Under the pieces are notes generated by a model. The model was given only the letters and a program-made list of their open reading frames with translations. It had not been told where the DNA came from and did not search any database. From NCBI RefSeq assembly GCF_009914755.1, contig NC_060929.1: DNA of 64,000 bases; one strand, given 5' to 3'. The stretch is from the human T2T-CHM13v2.0 reference genome, Homo sapiens. Every line of letters starts with the position of its first letter. Position 1 is the stretch's first letter. Shown piece by piece: positions 1-12,810 of this stretch. The position numbers were made by a program, and so were the translations under genes.

Positions 1-773
1 GACTCATATTGGAAGCTCTGTGAACTGGGGGCATGGAAGAGGGGTCGCCAGACTCAGGACCTCACAGGCTGGGGGGAAGGGAAGGTGCTGACTAGCAATG
101 CTAGCATACAGTGTCAGCACAGAGTTGTTCAATCTTTCCACAGATCCTCACTGAGCACCTCACCTGTGCCAGGTACATTGCTCGGTGTTTCTCCATATAC
201 TGCCTCACTGGTGCCTCACAACTTCCTCAAAGCTAAGTAACTCATCTCTATGTTAAAGGTAGGGAAACCAGGTAAAATGATACAGTCTAACAGGTGCACA
301 GCTGCTAAGACTCATCACTGGCGGGGAGTAAAACTCCAATTGGCAGACCCCACACTGGTGTCTCTTCCCCCTGTGATGAAAGATCAGAGAAGGGAGAGAG
401 ATGGTGCCCAAAGGAGGGGACAGCCTTTGAGCTGGGCCAGGACCAGGGCCATTCACTAAACAGCCATCTGCTGCCTTCCACCTCCCAGGCCTGTTGCAGG
501 TGGATGCAACCATGTGACTAGTTCTGGCCAACAAAAGAGGTGTAGAAGGGACAAGCATCACTCCTGGACTGGCCTACGCACAATTCTCCAGTCTCTTTTT
601 CCTGGTAGCAGGGGCTGATGTGGATGCCTCGTATTCTAAAGGGCACCGGAAAGTTGGGCCCCTGTCTCCCTGGGACTCTAAGGAACTGTGTAGAGCAGAA
701 ACAAACCCCTGCCACACAGAATAGGAGGGAAAACTTTTGTTGTGTAACCCAGGGAGATTTCAGAGTTGTTTCA

Positions 774-1190
<417 letters not shown>

Positions 1191-3245
1191 ATTATTGTTA
1201 TGAGTCCATTCAATGCCTAGCAGAGAGCCTTATGCTATACCTGACCTTGAATATGTTTGTTTAGTGAACCAAGAAACACATCAGTGAATGAATGAGGAGG
1301 AACTGGATCAATACACCTCCACCCAGGCAGTAAAAATACCTGAGATGCCATGTCTCTGGGCGAGGCCTCCAGGGAACAGAATGGCCTGCTCCTAGTCCCT
1401 AAGGGAAGGCCAGGACAAGGCCTCACTTGCTGTCCTACCCTTGCAGTCTAGAGAGCTGTTTCCTTGGAGTCTCTGGGCCAATGCCCTGGGTGCAAACCGG
1501 CCAATGGATAGAATCATCAGAGGTCACAAAGATCATCACCTTCCATCCAAGGTGCTACGAGAGCTATGAGTTCATTTGATCATTTATTATTTTGTCCTTT
1601 CATTCATTCACCAAGTGTGTATGAAGTGCCACGAACTGGGACGCAACAGTGAATACAACAGACATGGTGCCTGCCCCCCTCAAGCTTACCTTCTAGCAGA
1701 GAGTATAAGAAAAAAAAGAGTATAAGAAAAAATGTATTAAATAAAATTATTACAAACTATGATAAGAGCTAAGAAGGAAATAAACAAGGAGGGGACTGAA
1801 ATAAAAAATAACAGAGGTTGGCAGGACCCCTTTTAAGGGGCCTAGGATCTATCCCCATCTCAAAGCTGAAAAGTGGATGCGCAAAGTGCTCTCACCCCAG
1901 GCACCTTCCTACCCTGCCCACAGCCTAGGCACTGTGCCAGGCTCACCTTGCCAGGGTTCAGCCTGGATACCTTGAAGCCTCACTGACATCTTAAAGGGGT
2001 TCCCTTCTCTCAGCCTGGCTCTCCAGGCCTCTGCCTCTCGTTCAGCCTCACCTCCCAACACACCCCTCCGCTCCAGGTGGGATGGGCATCCTCCGTGCTC
2101 CTCTACCCCCACACCTCTCCTCATACTGCATCTCCAACCTGATTGCCCTTCATGCCCTCGGCAACCAAGGTCACGCAAGGGGGACTCCCCCTTCTGCCAT
2201 CAGCGGGGCACTTGAGTGCCTGCTGACATGAATGAGACCACAGATCAGAGAATGGCCTGGGAGGAGAGTCTGCAGGGAGTAAGGAGGCTTCAAGTCATGG
2301 CTCTGTCACTAAGGTGGCGGGCACTCAGATCACGAGCAGTCCCTCAGAAGCCTCCGTTTTGCCATCTTTAGAATGGTCACCAATTATAACTGAACACTTG
2401 CCCGCTGCTAAAGCCCACAAGGCTAAGACCCCCTGCCCAGTGTGGATGCCCGTCATGAACTCCGAATGGGGACCTCTCTTCCAGCATGGACTAGGTTCTG
2501 GACTGCACTGGGTGCTTCATGTACATGGCCTCATTTAATGCAGCAATCTAACCATGGAGGCACTCCTAGCTCATGTTACTGATAGGAACATTGGGGGATA
2601 GAGAGGATAAGTGACTTGTCCAAGGTCATACAGCAATAAAGGGTCACTACTGGAACCAAGGACCATATAACTCCAAGGTCTGGCCTGGCCTAGCAAGGAA
2701 ATCTGTCCATTCCCCACAGCACAGGGAGGCTTTCAAAAGGAATTCAATAGGGGAGGCAGGTTGGGATGGTGGTCAAGAGTATGGGCTTTGGAATGCGAGA
2801 GATCGAGGTTCCAATCCCTACTTCACCATTTACCAGCTGGGTGACCTTGGGCAAAAAAAGGGCTGCTTCCCCACCTGTGAAGTGGTGATAATGAGGGTGC
2901 CTACCCTGGGGGGAAAGAGGCATTATGAAAGGAGTTGACCTTTGTTCCCTCCCTTCCCATCCCCCAACCCTGCACATGAGAAATAAAGGCAGGGCTGCTG
3001 GGGGTATCCCCAACCATGACACTCGCATTGCCCATCCCGTATTTCCCCATTTCCTTCCTCTTCCTCATCCCTCCCCACACTTCCTTATCCTGTTCATCAC
3101 CCTGAACAAAAAGCCCGAAGTCTGCCCACAACACAGCCTTCAGAAGTCCCCATGGTACCAGTGGATTCCCAGGAGCAGGAAGGTGGGAAGAGCTCGGGGG
3201 GAAGCACGCCTGCCTGTCTCGGGCTGCCCTCCCCACGCGCCTCAC

Positions 3246-3437
3246 CTGCAGAATGGAGGTGCGCTGCTCATTCTTGTGCACCTTGGATGCCAGTCGGTTG
3301 AACTCCAGGGCCATGCGGCCCAGGTGGGTGAAGAGCTGGCCGTGGTCCGGCTCCTCGGCACACACACTCAGCGTGGTCTCCAGGCGCTGCAGGTGCAGCA
3401 TCAGGTTGCCGTCCTCACGGGGCAGGGGGCCCAGCGC
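3246..3437 (-). CDS. TNIP1: TNIP1 (ABIN-1) coding exon 6, codons 146-209
   Basis: Translates ALGPLPREDGNLMLHLQRLETTLSVCAEEPDHGQLFTHLGRMALEFNRLASKVHKNEQRTSILQ. AG acceptor at 3438-3439, GT donor (CAG|GTGAG) at 3244-3245, 192 nt, phase 0-0. The gene continues beyond the left edge. Confidence 0.97.
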
Positions 3438-3841
3438 CTGGAGAGGGAAAGGGCACACGGCCCACTCTTCACCAAGGCCTGAGTAGGCGCCGCCAGTCCA
3501 TTCTCCCTCTGCTTCCTCATTTCTCATGACTCAGTTTCCCCCTGTGACCCCAGCTCAGCCCCGGGAAATTCTCCAGTTATGCAGGTTCCCTGTCTGGGGC
3601 TGACTCACAGGGCAGAACCCAGGACTCACAGGCCACTGGTGGCTCCACAGCAGCGGGGCCACCATCCTCCCACACACTGGGCCTTGCAGAGTGCCTGACA
3701 GTAAGTCACTTGTCTGCTGGACCTCAGCATCCTCATCTACCAAATGTCCGCACAACCCTTCCCTCCCTTCAACCTCACAGGGTTCTTAGGAGGATGAATT
3801 GACCCCTGACAGTAACAAGCCCAGAAAAGGGACATCACTGC

Positions 3842-4468
<627 letters not shown>

Positions 4469-4475
4469 ATACGTC

Positions 4476-4700
4476 CTGCAACCTCCGCCTCCTGGGTTCA
4501 AGCGATTCTCCTGCCTCAGGCTCCTGAGGAGCTGGGATTACAGGTGTGCACCACTACACCAAGCTAATTTTTGTATTTTTAGTTGAGACGGGGTTTCACC
4601 ACAATGGCCAGGCTGGTCTTGAACTCCTGACCTCAGGTGATCCACCCACCTCGGCCTCCCAAAGTACTGAGATTACAGGCGTAAGCCACCATGCCTGGCC
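4476..4700 (-). mobile_element. AluS, lacking its 3' end
   Basis: Antisense Alu from CTGCAACCTCCGCC to CCACCATGCCTGGCC. Confidence 0.9.
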
Positions 4701-6252
4701 TACACATGTGTCTTCTGGGGAATGGCCCAAGCATTCATCAGCTTCTGAGGACCCAAGACTCAAAACAGTTTAAGGAACCACAGCTTTAGCTATTTCAGAA
4801 AGTCCCAAACTAGTACAGTATGTAAGAAATAAAGCACACCGTGGGCCAGATAGTTGACTCTTTCTCTCTAGTCTATCTGGAATACTCCTACCAAAGACAT
4901 TGCCTTTGTTACACCAATTCCACTCCCAAGGACCTGCAGTGTTACCCTACTGCAGACGGCACTGGGCCCAGCTCCCCTGCTGGGCATCTAAGGCCCTACA
5001 GCCACAGGTCCCATCCACAGCAGCATCCAGTTGGGCTCCCCACTTTACCCTGCCTGAACCCACACACACCAGGTCTGGTGTCTCTGCATGTGTCCTCTCT
5101 GTGTCCTCTCTGCCTCTGCAAGTTCTGCTCATCCTTCCCACCCTGTCCACGGCTCAGCTCCTCCAGCAGCCTCCCGGAAACAGTTATGGGAATCACAGGA
5201 CATCAGAGCTACAGGGAGCCTCAGAGATCAGGCCGGGAAACCAAGCTATGGGGAGGAGGAACTTGCCCAAAGTTGCCCTGTAAGTCAGTGGCAGAGGTAT
5301 AACGAGAACTGAGGTTTCCTGACTCGCCATCCAGTGCTCTGCTGCACTGACCTCCCACTTCTCTGAACTCTGGAGGAATGGCAATGACTATAACCCCAAC
5401 TTGGCATTCCCTGAACACCTGTGTAATGGCGTCAGTGTGCCGCATTCTAACAAGAGGAAATGCTGCTGTTTCAACTCTGCATCCATTCCCCCACTGCCTC
5501 TTTCCACAAAGGAGCTGAGGTGGCAGATGCTGCTCTATTTAAGGCTCATGCGATGCTTCCCATGCCTGCGACTTCTCCAGACTACAAGCTTCAGAGCACA
5601 GGGAGGCTGTGTTGTCTTGGCTCAAGTGGCTCAGCAGAGACAGGCACACTGTAGAGCTAATGAGGAACTTACTACGTCAGTTAAAGTTATCGGTCCAAAG
5701 TCAGAGTGAAACACTTTCTGAGCAGGGGATCTTGCCTCCATGGCCAGCATCTCAGAGCCCTCAGGGACAGAACAGGACAAGGGGACAGAAGGTTCCAGGC
5801 GACAGAACATAAAGAGCCTTTCCAATACTCAGAGCTGCCTGAGGCAGTGGTGAGCCTCTCAACACTGAAGGCATGCTAGTTAGCCAGACAGCCACCTGAG
5901 GGGGCCCTGCACTGGGCACTGACAGGTACATGGGGCAACCAGTGAACACAAGCATATTTGTCAGCCAAACCTTTGTGAAGGGAGGCAGCAGGGATCAATA
6001 TATCAGTGAAGGGCTAGAGCACCTATTGCTCGCATAACAACAATTAAAGAAAAAAACTTAAAAGTGGGAAGGAAGGGAGAATGGAGAAGGTAGAAATTTA
6101 AGTCGTTTAAAGAATCTTCCAGACTTTTCACAATGGTTCTTCAATAAGTCTGCCATTTTAAGAAAGAACAGAAGGAGATATAGTTAGGAAAAAGGCAGCC
6201 AGTGTTGTAAGGTGTGGAATGAGGATGCTGGGCAGACGCTCCAGAGCTGTAC

Positions 6253-6374
<122 letters not shown>

Positions 6375-6801
6375 AAGTGGAAAGTTGAACCTCCTTCCTG
6401 TGTGCTCCAAGAGTCTGCACAAAGAGCAAATCACCTGTCTTACAGGGCCCTGGGCCTTCCTGACCCTTCTTTCTCCCCCGGGGTTGGAAGCCCACAGACC
6501 CAAAGGGCTGAGTCATAGTGTGCGGAGGTGCCTGGCCCCTGGCAGAAGGCAACAGGGCTGGCAAAGAGCCCAGGCTTTCACAACGGTCGGGTGCCCGTGT
6601 GCTCCAAGTCGGGGAAGTCACTAGCCCAGGAATTTGCATATGTGAGCGAGAAGCACCCTTTGCTCCTGCCCCTCGTGTATCCCCAAGTGACTCCAGGGTA
6701 CCTAAGGGATCTGAACAGGTTCTGTGCCTCTCACATGGTAGCAAGTGACAGGACACAAAGAGGGCAGCAGGTCAAGCCCGGGGTCCTGCCCGTCCACTCA
6801 C

Positions 6802-6879
6802 CATCGCATTGGCATGGCTGCTGCTCTCTGGTGAATTCTGCTCCTCAGGAGTGACCACTTCAAATTCAGAGGAGGTGCC
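6802..6879 (-). CDS. TNIP1: TNIP1 coding exon 5, codons 120-145 (contains the SSEFEVV LIR2/FIR motif)
   Basis: Translates GTSSEFEVVTPEEQNSPESSSHANAM. AG at 6880-6881, ATG|GTGAGT donor at 6800-6801, 78 nt, phase 0-0. Confidence 0.97.
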
Positions 6880-7964
6880 CTGTGCAGAAAGGAAGTTAGG
6901 TGCTGCCCGAGAGAAAAACAGCTCACCCCTCCTCTGCGGCCCTGTGGCTGAGAGCAGCAAGGGGGACAAAATCTCTTCCCATTTTGAGTACACAGGGACC
7001 GTTACATATCATCTCACATGAGATCACAAAGCAGGATTCTCGACAAGCCTGTCATAGCCCTCTGCATAATGTGAGGTCATATCCCCTCGATGGCCAATCC
7101 TCTTTTGTAGAAGGGAGATGTGGGACTAGCTGACCTTGAACCAGCAGCACTGTAGGATTGCATTTTTTAAGGCCGTGTACTTTTTAAATGCTTTCATGAG
7201 CTCCATTATTTCTCAGGGTGACCCATGGAGTGGGTCAGAAGGTTATATCCTCTTTGGAAAGATGAGGAAACTACAGTATACAGTTGGTTAATGCAAAAGC
7301 AGGGATTGAACCCAAGACTGCAGATCCAGCATTCCTGCCACGGCCCCAGAGCTGTCTCTTAGGCCCAGACGTCTCTGATCGGTTTCCCAGAACACAGATG
7401 GCAGCTGTTACGGCCACCACCAAGCATGTCCTGTGCTGGCCTTCCCAAGCCAGTCCTGGAGATCCCAGAGGAGTGAACTGATCTGAGAAAAGTCCCAGAG
7501 ATGATTCACCAAATTTGGAGACTATTTCAGGATTCAACCAAATCCACGGTGGCCAAGAAATCCCAGATTTTTTCACATCTTTCCGTCATTCCTAGTAGAA
7601 TTACTGGTCATTCAACCAACCAAGAAGCCAATGGCCCACCTGAACCAGCCATTAGCTCTGGGATCTGGGATTTCCATGTCCCGTTAAACCTGGTCTGCAG
7701 CCTCCCTTCATCCCAGAAAGGGGCAGGATAGATGAGAGGAGTCAGTGCTCAGCTTCCAGCTGACCCTCATGGCCACCAAGAACTCACCTCTGGCTCTTGG
7801 CCCTGCCCTAGAAAGTCTCCCTCCTCCATCTACATTTTCCCCATTACCCGTGTAACCTCAGAACAGGTCCTTCTTTCCCTGCACCTGATCTGTAGGATAA
7901 GGATGCTGAACTATGCAATCCCTTGTAGGATACCAAGCAAAACTTCTCCAGCCAAATCTGTAGA

Positions 7965-8262
7965 TTTTTTTTTTTTTTTTATGAGAGGGTCTGACTCTGT
8001 CACCCAGGCTGGAGTGTGGTGGCATCAACATGGCTCACTGCAGCCTTGACCTCCTGGGCTCAAGCGACCCTTCTGCCTCAGCCAGCCTCCCAAGTAGCTG
8101 GAACCACAGACATACACCATCACACCTGACTACTTTTTTTCTTAGAGAGATGGAGTCTCACTATCCTGCCCAGGCTGGTCTCAAACTCCTGGGTTCAAGC
8201 AATCCTCCTGCCTCAGCCTCCCCAAGTGCTGGGATTATAGGCATGAGCCACTGCGCCCAGCC
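7965..8262 (-). mobile_element. AluJ
   Basis: Poly-T, then an antisense Alu with J-type CAGCCTTGACCTCCTGGGCTCAAGC. Confidence 0.88.
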
Positions 8263-8611
8263 TGTAGAAGATAGTTTCTGAGCCCTCTTTGAGAATGTGA
8301 GCTCCATGTCACATCTGTCTGTTTTCCTAGCACTGTGCACACTCAGTGATACTTAACAGTATACAACTTAGTAAGTGAGAAGAATTCCTTGTACATACCA
8401 GGGTCTTCCTGGTAAGTTTTAACTATGACCTTCATTTCAAAATGGGGAGGCTGAGGCCCCAGAGAGTTTGCGATGGACTTGCCCAATATCACCCAGCGAG
8501 ACGGAACACAGTTTCTTGACCTCAACCCTCTTTCTTCATGTTCTTGTATCTGTCAGTAGGACTTGAGGTCCATCCAGGCAACCTCCACCCATGACTCCAA
8601 ATAAAACTTAC

Positions 8612-8697
8612 ACTGGATGGAGGCTTCTGGACTGGTGCTGGCTTGTCACTGGGGCATGCAGGGGCTGTGGGAGATGCTGTGACATTTGAGTCCTTTC
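8612..8697 (-). CDS. TNIP1: TNIP1 coding exon 4
   Basis: Translates (G)KDSNVTASPTAPACPSDKPAPVQKPPSS. AG at 8698-8699, GTAAGT donor at 8610-8611, 86 nt, phase 1-0; the frame joins exons 3 and 5. Confidence 0.96.
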
Positions 8698-10097
8698 CTG
8701 GAGAATCAAGAAAGCACAGATGAACTGACTGGGAAGGGGAGAAGCCCAGGTACCACCCTCTCAAGGACAGCCCTTGACAAAAGGGTTCTCAGACAGGATT
8801 CCCCACTCGAGTGTGGGAGAATGGGAGGTGGTCTCATCAGGGCCAGGTAGTCTGAGAAAATGGCCTGCCCTGGAGTGACGGGGCAGAGCCTGAGCAGAGA
8901 GACCATGCTCCCTGGGCTTACTGGGAAAATCCCAAGTTGGCTGCTGCTCCTTGCTGCCCTGAACAGGCCTCAATGATAAAGACAATGATTTACAATTTGA
9001 AAAGTCTTTATGTATCTATTATCCCAGCCATTCTCATAAAAGCCCCATATCCCCATTTTAAAGGTCAGGACACTGAGGCTTGGGAAGGTCATCACCTTGC
9101 CCACAGCCACATAGCCAGCAACTGCAAACTCAGGACTGAGACTTGGCCCTCCCTCCCTGACTTCCTGCAGTCCTTGCTGCAGGGAGCTCCTTGAAGGTAG
9201 CTTCATTTCTCACTCTGAGAGTGGACCTGGCACCAATCAGGAACTCAGGAACATTGCTGAATAGACAAGCAGAGGCTGGAAATGCCCACTGACTGCAGCA
9301 CAGTGGACTCTGAGACCATCACTTTCCTCCATTTGTCCATTCAGCAAATGCAACCACCAGCCAATAGAAGGCTGTCACATTGGCCTGGGCCAGATACCAT
9401 ACAGTAGAGCTGCAGCAGGAGGCATCTGAGTCCAGCTGAGGTGCGGATCATTTCCATCCTGGTCCCAGACCTTACCCTGGACTTGGAGACATGCCAGAGT
9501 AATGCACACTCTGTACGCATGGTGATGCCTCTACCATACATGGGACTTCAACCCCGAGCCACAGTCACCCTGTCCTTTAATGGGCAGCACACGTAACCTT
9601 ACATCTGAAATACGCTGCAGCAGGCTAACAGGCAAGCCCAGCTTCTTCCCTGGGCCTCAGCTTCCCTAATTGTAAAATGGACGCGCAGGGCACGACCAGG
9701 GAGCTTCCAACTCATATGCCAGCTCCAAGTGACAGGGAGTAGCTGCTTGGAGTGCGATGCCTGGCACACAGTAGCTGCTCATTAAATATTAAATATGCTG
9801 ATAAAGACCCCAAGGCCACAGGACTGCAATGTAGTCAACTGTTGTATCTATTACTCATGTCTGCTGGGGCCTCAGGAGTGCTGAGTCACTGGCTATTTTT
9901 AACAAGATTGTTTTGAAGTCCCTTCCAAATCTGACCTTCTGGGGGATGTGGCAGCCAAAACATGAATGGAAGGGTAGCCTGTGACCTAAGGATAAACGAG
10001 AGAATGTGGGTTTTGGCATAAGAAGGGAGTTCACTGTGAAGGATTTGGGCAGTTTGGGGTACAGGGAGAGTCAGAGGTACCCAGACTCCTCTTATAC

Positions 10098-10232
10098 CTG
10101 TGAGCTCAGCCAGGGGGTCGAAGGAGCCCAAGGAGGGAGAAGGTGGTGGGAGCAGCTCGTTGTCCTTCACTAGCTCCTCTGCCTTCTGCCGGAGCCTGGT
10201 CGCTTCCATCTGGGACTCTTCCAAAAGCTCCC
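10098..10232 (-). CDS. TNIP1: TNIP1 coding exon 3 (contains FDPL LIR1 and Met54)
   Basis: Translates (G)ELLEESQMEATRLRQKAEELVKDNELLPPPSPSLGSFDPLAELT. TAG acceptor (AG at 10233-10234), GT donor at 10096-10097, 135 nt, phase 1-1. Confidence 0.97.
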
Positions 10233-11445
10233 CTAGAGTTATTGGGGAAGAGGAAGCAAAAGCATTTACTCGGCTCAGTGTGCTGCTTCTCCCCGTCCCA
10301 GGCCCCTAACCGTGCTGCCGCCTGGCTTCTGAGGCTCCAGGCCCTGGACTTCACTCCCACCGTTGCTCTGTGGGCCAAGTGGGACAAACTCCATGCTGGT
10401 CCACCATAAGAAACAGGCTAGAGCAAGGACGAGGGCCCAGCAATCGGGGGACACAGGAGCGGAAGGAATCTATGAGAAACTCCTCGGCTCCCCCAACCCC
10501 CAGCATTCTCTTTCTGCCCCACTCCCTTCACACCCAGCCAGGGCACTCCACAGAAAGCCAGGGGCTCCCCCACCCTACGGGCTACCCACAGCCTGAGCCA
10601 CCAGGGCAAAGGGCTGCCTGCAGGGCGGAGACCTTGGATAATTCCAACCAGCCCTCTAGGCCTCCATTTTCCTTCTCCTACAAGTGGAGATGGGGAAACC
10701 ACTCCTCCCTCCCCAGTCGGCCATCCCAAGCAAGGATCTGCCAAGCAAGGAGAAAGCATTTTAAAAATCAGGGGGCTATGCTCCCCTCTAAAACATGAGA
10801 CTAGAGAAGGGCACGGCAAGGCAAAGGAAGAGTTTCAGGAGTGTGGAAGAAAGAGAGCCCCCTCTGGATGGGGAAATCAATGAAAGCCTTGTCTGGAGGA
10901 GAAGGGGGCACAGCAACTGGGTGCTGATGCACAGGGCCCGTCGGTCGTGTGGAGGGAGGTGGGGTTGTTCTAAAGTGGGGATGGCTTGAGCAAGAGCCAG
11001 GAGAAGAGAACTGAGGGACCTACCACCTCCTTGCTTCAAGCCAAGCTCTGCTCCCTGCTCCAACACCTAGGAACGCGTGCCCCAGTTGCCCTGGTCATGC
11101 TGGCTCTCCCCATCTCTCGTGCCCCAGAAAGAGGAGACCACTCTAGTTCCATGGCCATTAACTGGGCCTTCCAGCCCCCTTTCCCTTAGCCCACGCCTCC
11201 CTCTTGGACCTGAGTCCTGTCATCCTGGTTTCCGGGTGCTGAGGAATCAGGGTTGGGAATACTGTCACCATGCTACATGGTGCATAGAGACAGCTGTGAG
11301 GCAGGAGCCAGCGCTGGGCCAGGAGGGACAGGGGATGACTTGGGCAGAGGCATATGCCAGCTTCATTCTCCACTGCTAGTAGAGGGACTGGCATCACAGT
11401 CTGCAGGGAGGGGCGCTCGCAGGGAGGGGACAGGGTCTGCTTTAC

Positions 11446-11581
11446 CTAACATCTTTATCCCTTGCATTTTTTCCTTCAGCCGGGAATTCTCCTTCACTAG
11501 GCGCTCAAAAGCTGCGGATGCCTCTCCTGAGGGCACGCTGCCCCCAGGGTCGTAGATCCGGTACGGTCCTCTCCCTTCCAT
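11446..11581 (-). CDS. TNIP1: TNIP1 first coding exon (exon 2), start codon to codon 45
   Basis: ATG at 11581-11579; translates MEGRGPYRIYDPGGSVPSGEASAAFERLVKENSRLKEKMQGIKML, the known TNIP1 N-terminus. TAG|GTAAAG donor at 11444-11445; 136 coding nt. Confidence 0.98.
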
Positions 11582-11617
11582 GAGGGTAGCTCAGCCCCTG
11601 CCGTGGTGCCCGCCTGG
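11582..11617 (-). other. TNIP1: TNIP1 exon 2 5'UTR portion (36 nt)
   Basis: Acceptor gttgtccttacAG at 11618-11619. Contains an in-frame TGA 9 nt upstream of the ATG, which supports this start codon. Confidence 0.85.
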
Positions 11618-12486
11618 CTGTAAGGACAACAGCAGCATATCAGCAGGCTGGCCAGGCCATGGGGGCATCCTTTGCAGAGAAGCTCTAGTCTGTCAATGCC
11701 CCAGAAGGCAGTCCCCCACTTTAAGCTGGTCTGACCATATTATAGTAAAGCAGGACAGTCACCTCCTTTTATCTGGACGCTCTGCCTCTATTAATACAAC
11801 CTTAGAATGGCATTAGTTTCTCTTAGCAGCCTCAATGCACTGTTGGCTTGTTTGGAACAGGAGTCCAAATAAACAGTAGGGTGCAATGTGGGATACAAGA
11901 AAGAACCTGGACTTGGAAAAAAAAAAATCTGAGTTCATGTCCTGTCTGTGAGGTCCAGAAGAACAGGAATCCCATATGTTTTACCCATCATTGCATCCTC
12001 AGAGCCTACCACAGTATTAGCTATGAATTTTGCCCAATAAACACTTACTCAATTAATGGTCTAGGCATTAATTTACTATGGGATTATGGGCAGTCCCTTC
12101 CCCTCTCTGAGGGAGGGAAATGAAAGTCTTAAGTTAATTTAGTAATCTTTAAAGTGAAATGCTTGTACCCTAAGGGATAAGCAAGTCAACCCAGTCCAAA
12201 GTTCCATTTATATGTGTATCATCTTCTTTAAAAAAAGAAAAGAAAAAAACACCCTGACTAATATTTAATACACTGTCACCCTCCTCCGTGAGTCTCATAT
12301 CATATATGGTCTGTCCCTTGCAGTTCTAAGGAACAGAAGAATTTTTCATCAAACCACTGTCTATTTGAGCACCAAGGTTTTTTTTTAGTAATCTGTTCAG
12401 TTTCATCTGCTTTATGTCACTGAAACCAGTTGGAAAGGTGATTTTAGAATCCTAACTCTGTGGCTTAGTAGAGAAGCTCTCTGTCC

Positions 12487-12810
12487 ATTCACTCATCCAT
12501 TCAACAATTACTTATTGAGCATCGACTCCGTGCTAGGCACCAGTCTGGGTGCTGAGGAATTATCAGCAAATAAAACAGACAAAAATCCTTCATGGAGCTT
12601 ATAGTCTAGGGGTGAAAGCAGAGGAGGATGGTGGGGAACACAATATTTCAGGTAATCAAAAAGTCTATGCACAAAAGGCCCCAAGCATAAGGAGCTATTT
12701 TAGCCAAGACCTGAAAGAGGTGAGGGAACTAGCCATGAAGACATCTGAAGGAAGAACATTCTTTGCAGAGAGAACAGTAAGGGCAGAGGCCCTAAGGCTG
12801 AAACACCGAG
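12487..12810 (-). mobile_element. L2 fragment
   Basis: CATTCACTCATCCATTCAACAATTACTTATTGAGCA...GACCTGAAAGAGGTGAGGGAACTAGCC, typical of an antisense L2 3' end. Confidence 0.65.

Noticed and set aside
2901-3527. 208-aa minus-strand ORF and 185-aa plus-strand ORF
   Set aside because: TNIP1 exon 6 with open intronic flanks and its antisense shadow; only 3246-3437 is bounded by splice sites.
11614-11619. Second AG 4 nt inside TNIP1 exon 2
   Set aside because: Would alter only the 5'UTR by 4 nt; no evidence of use from sequence alone.
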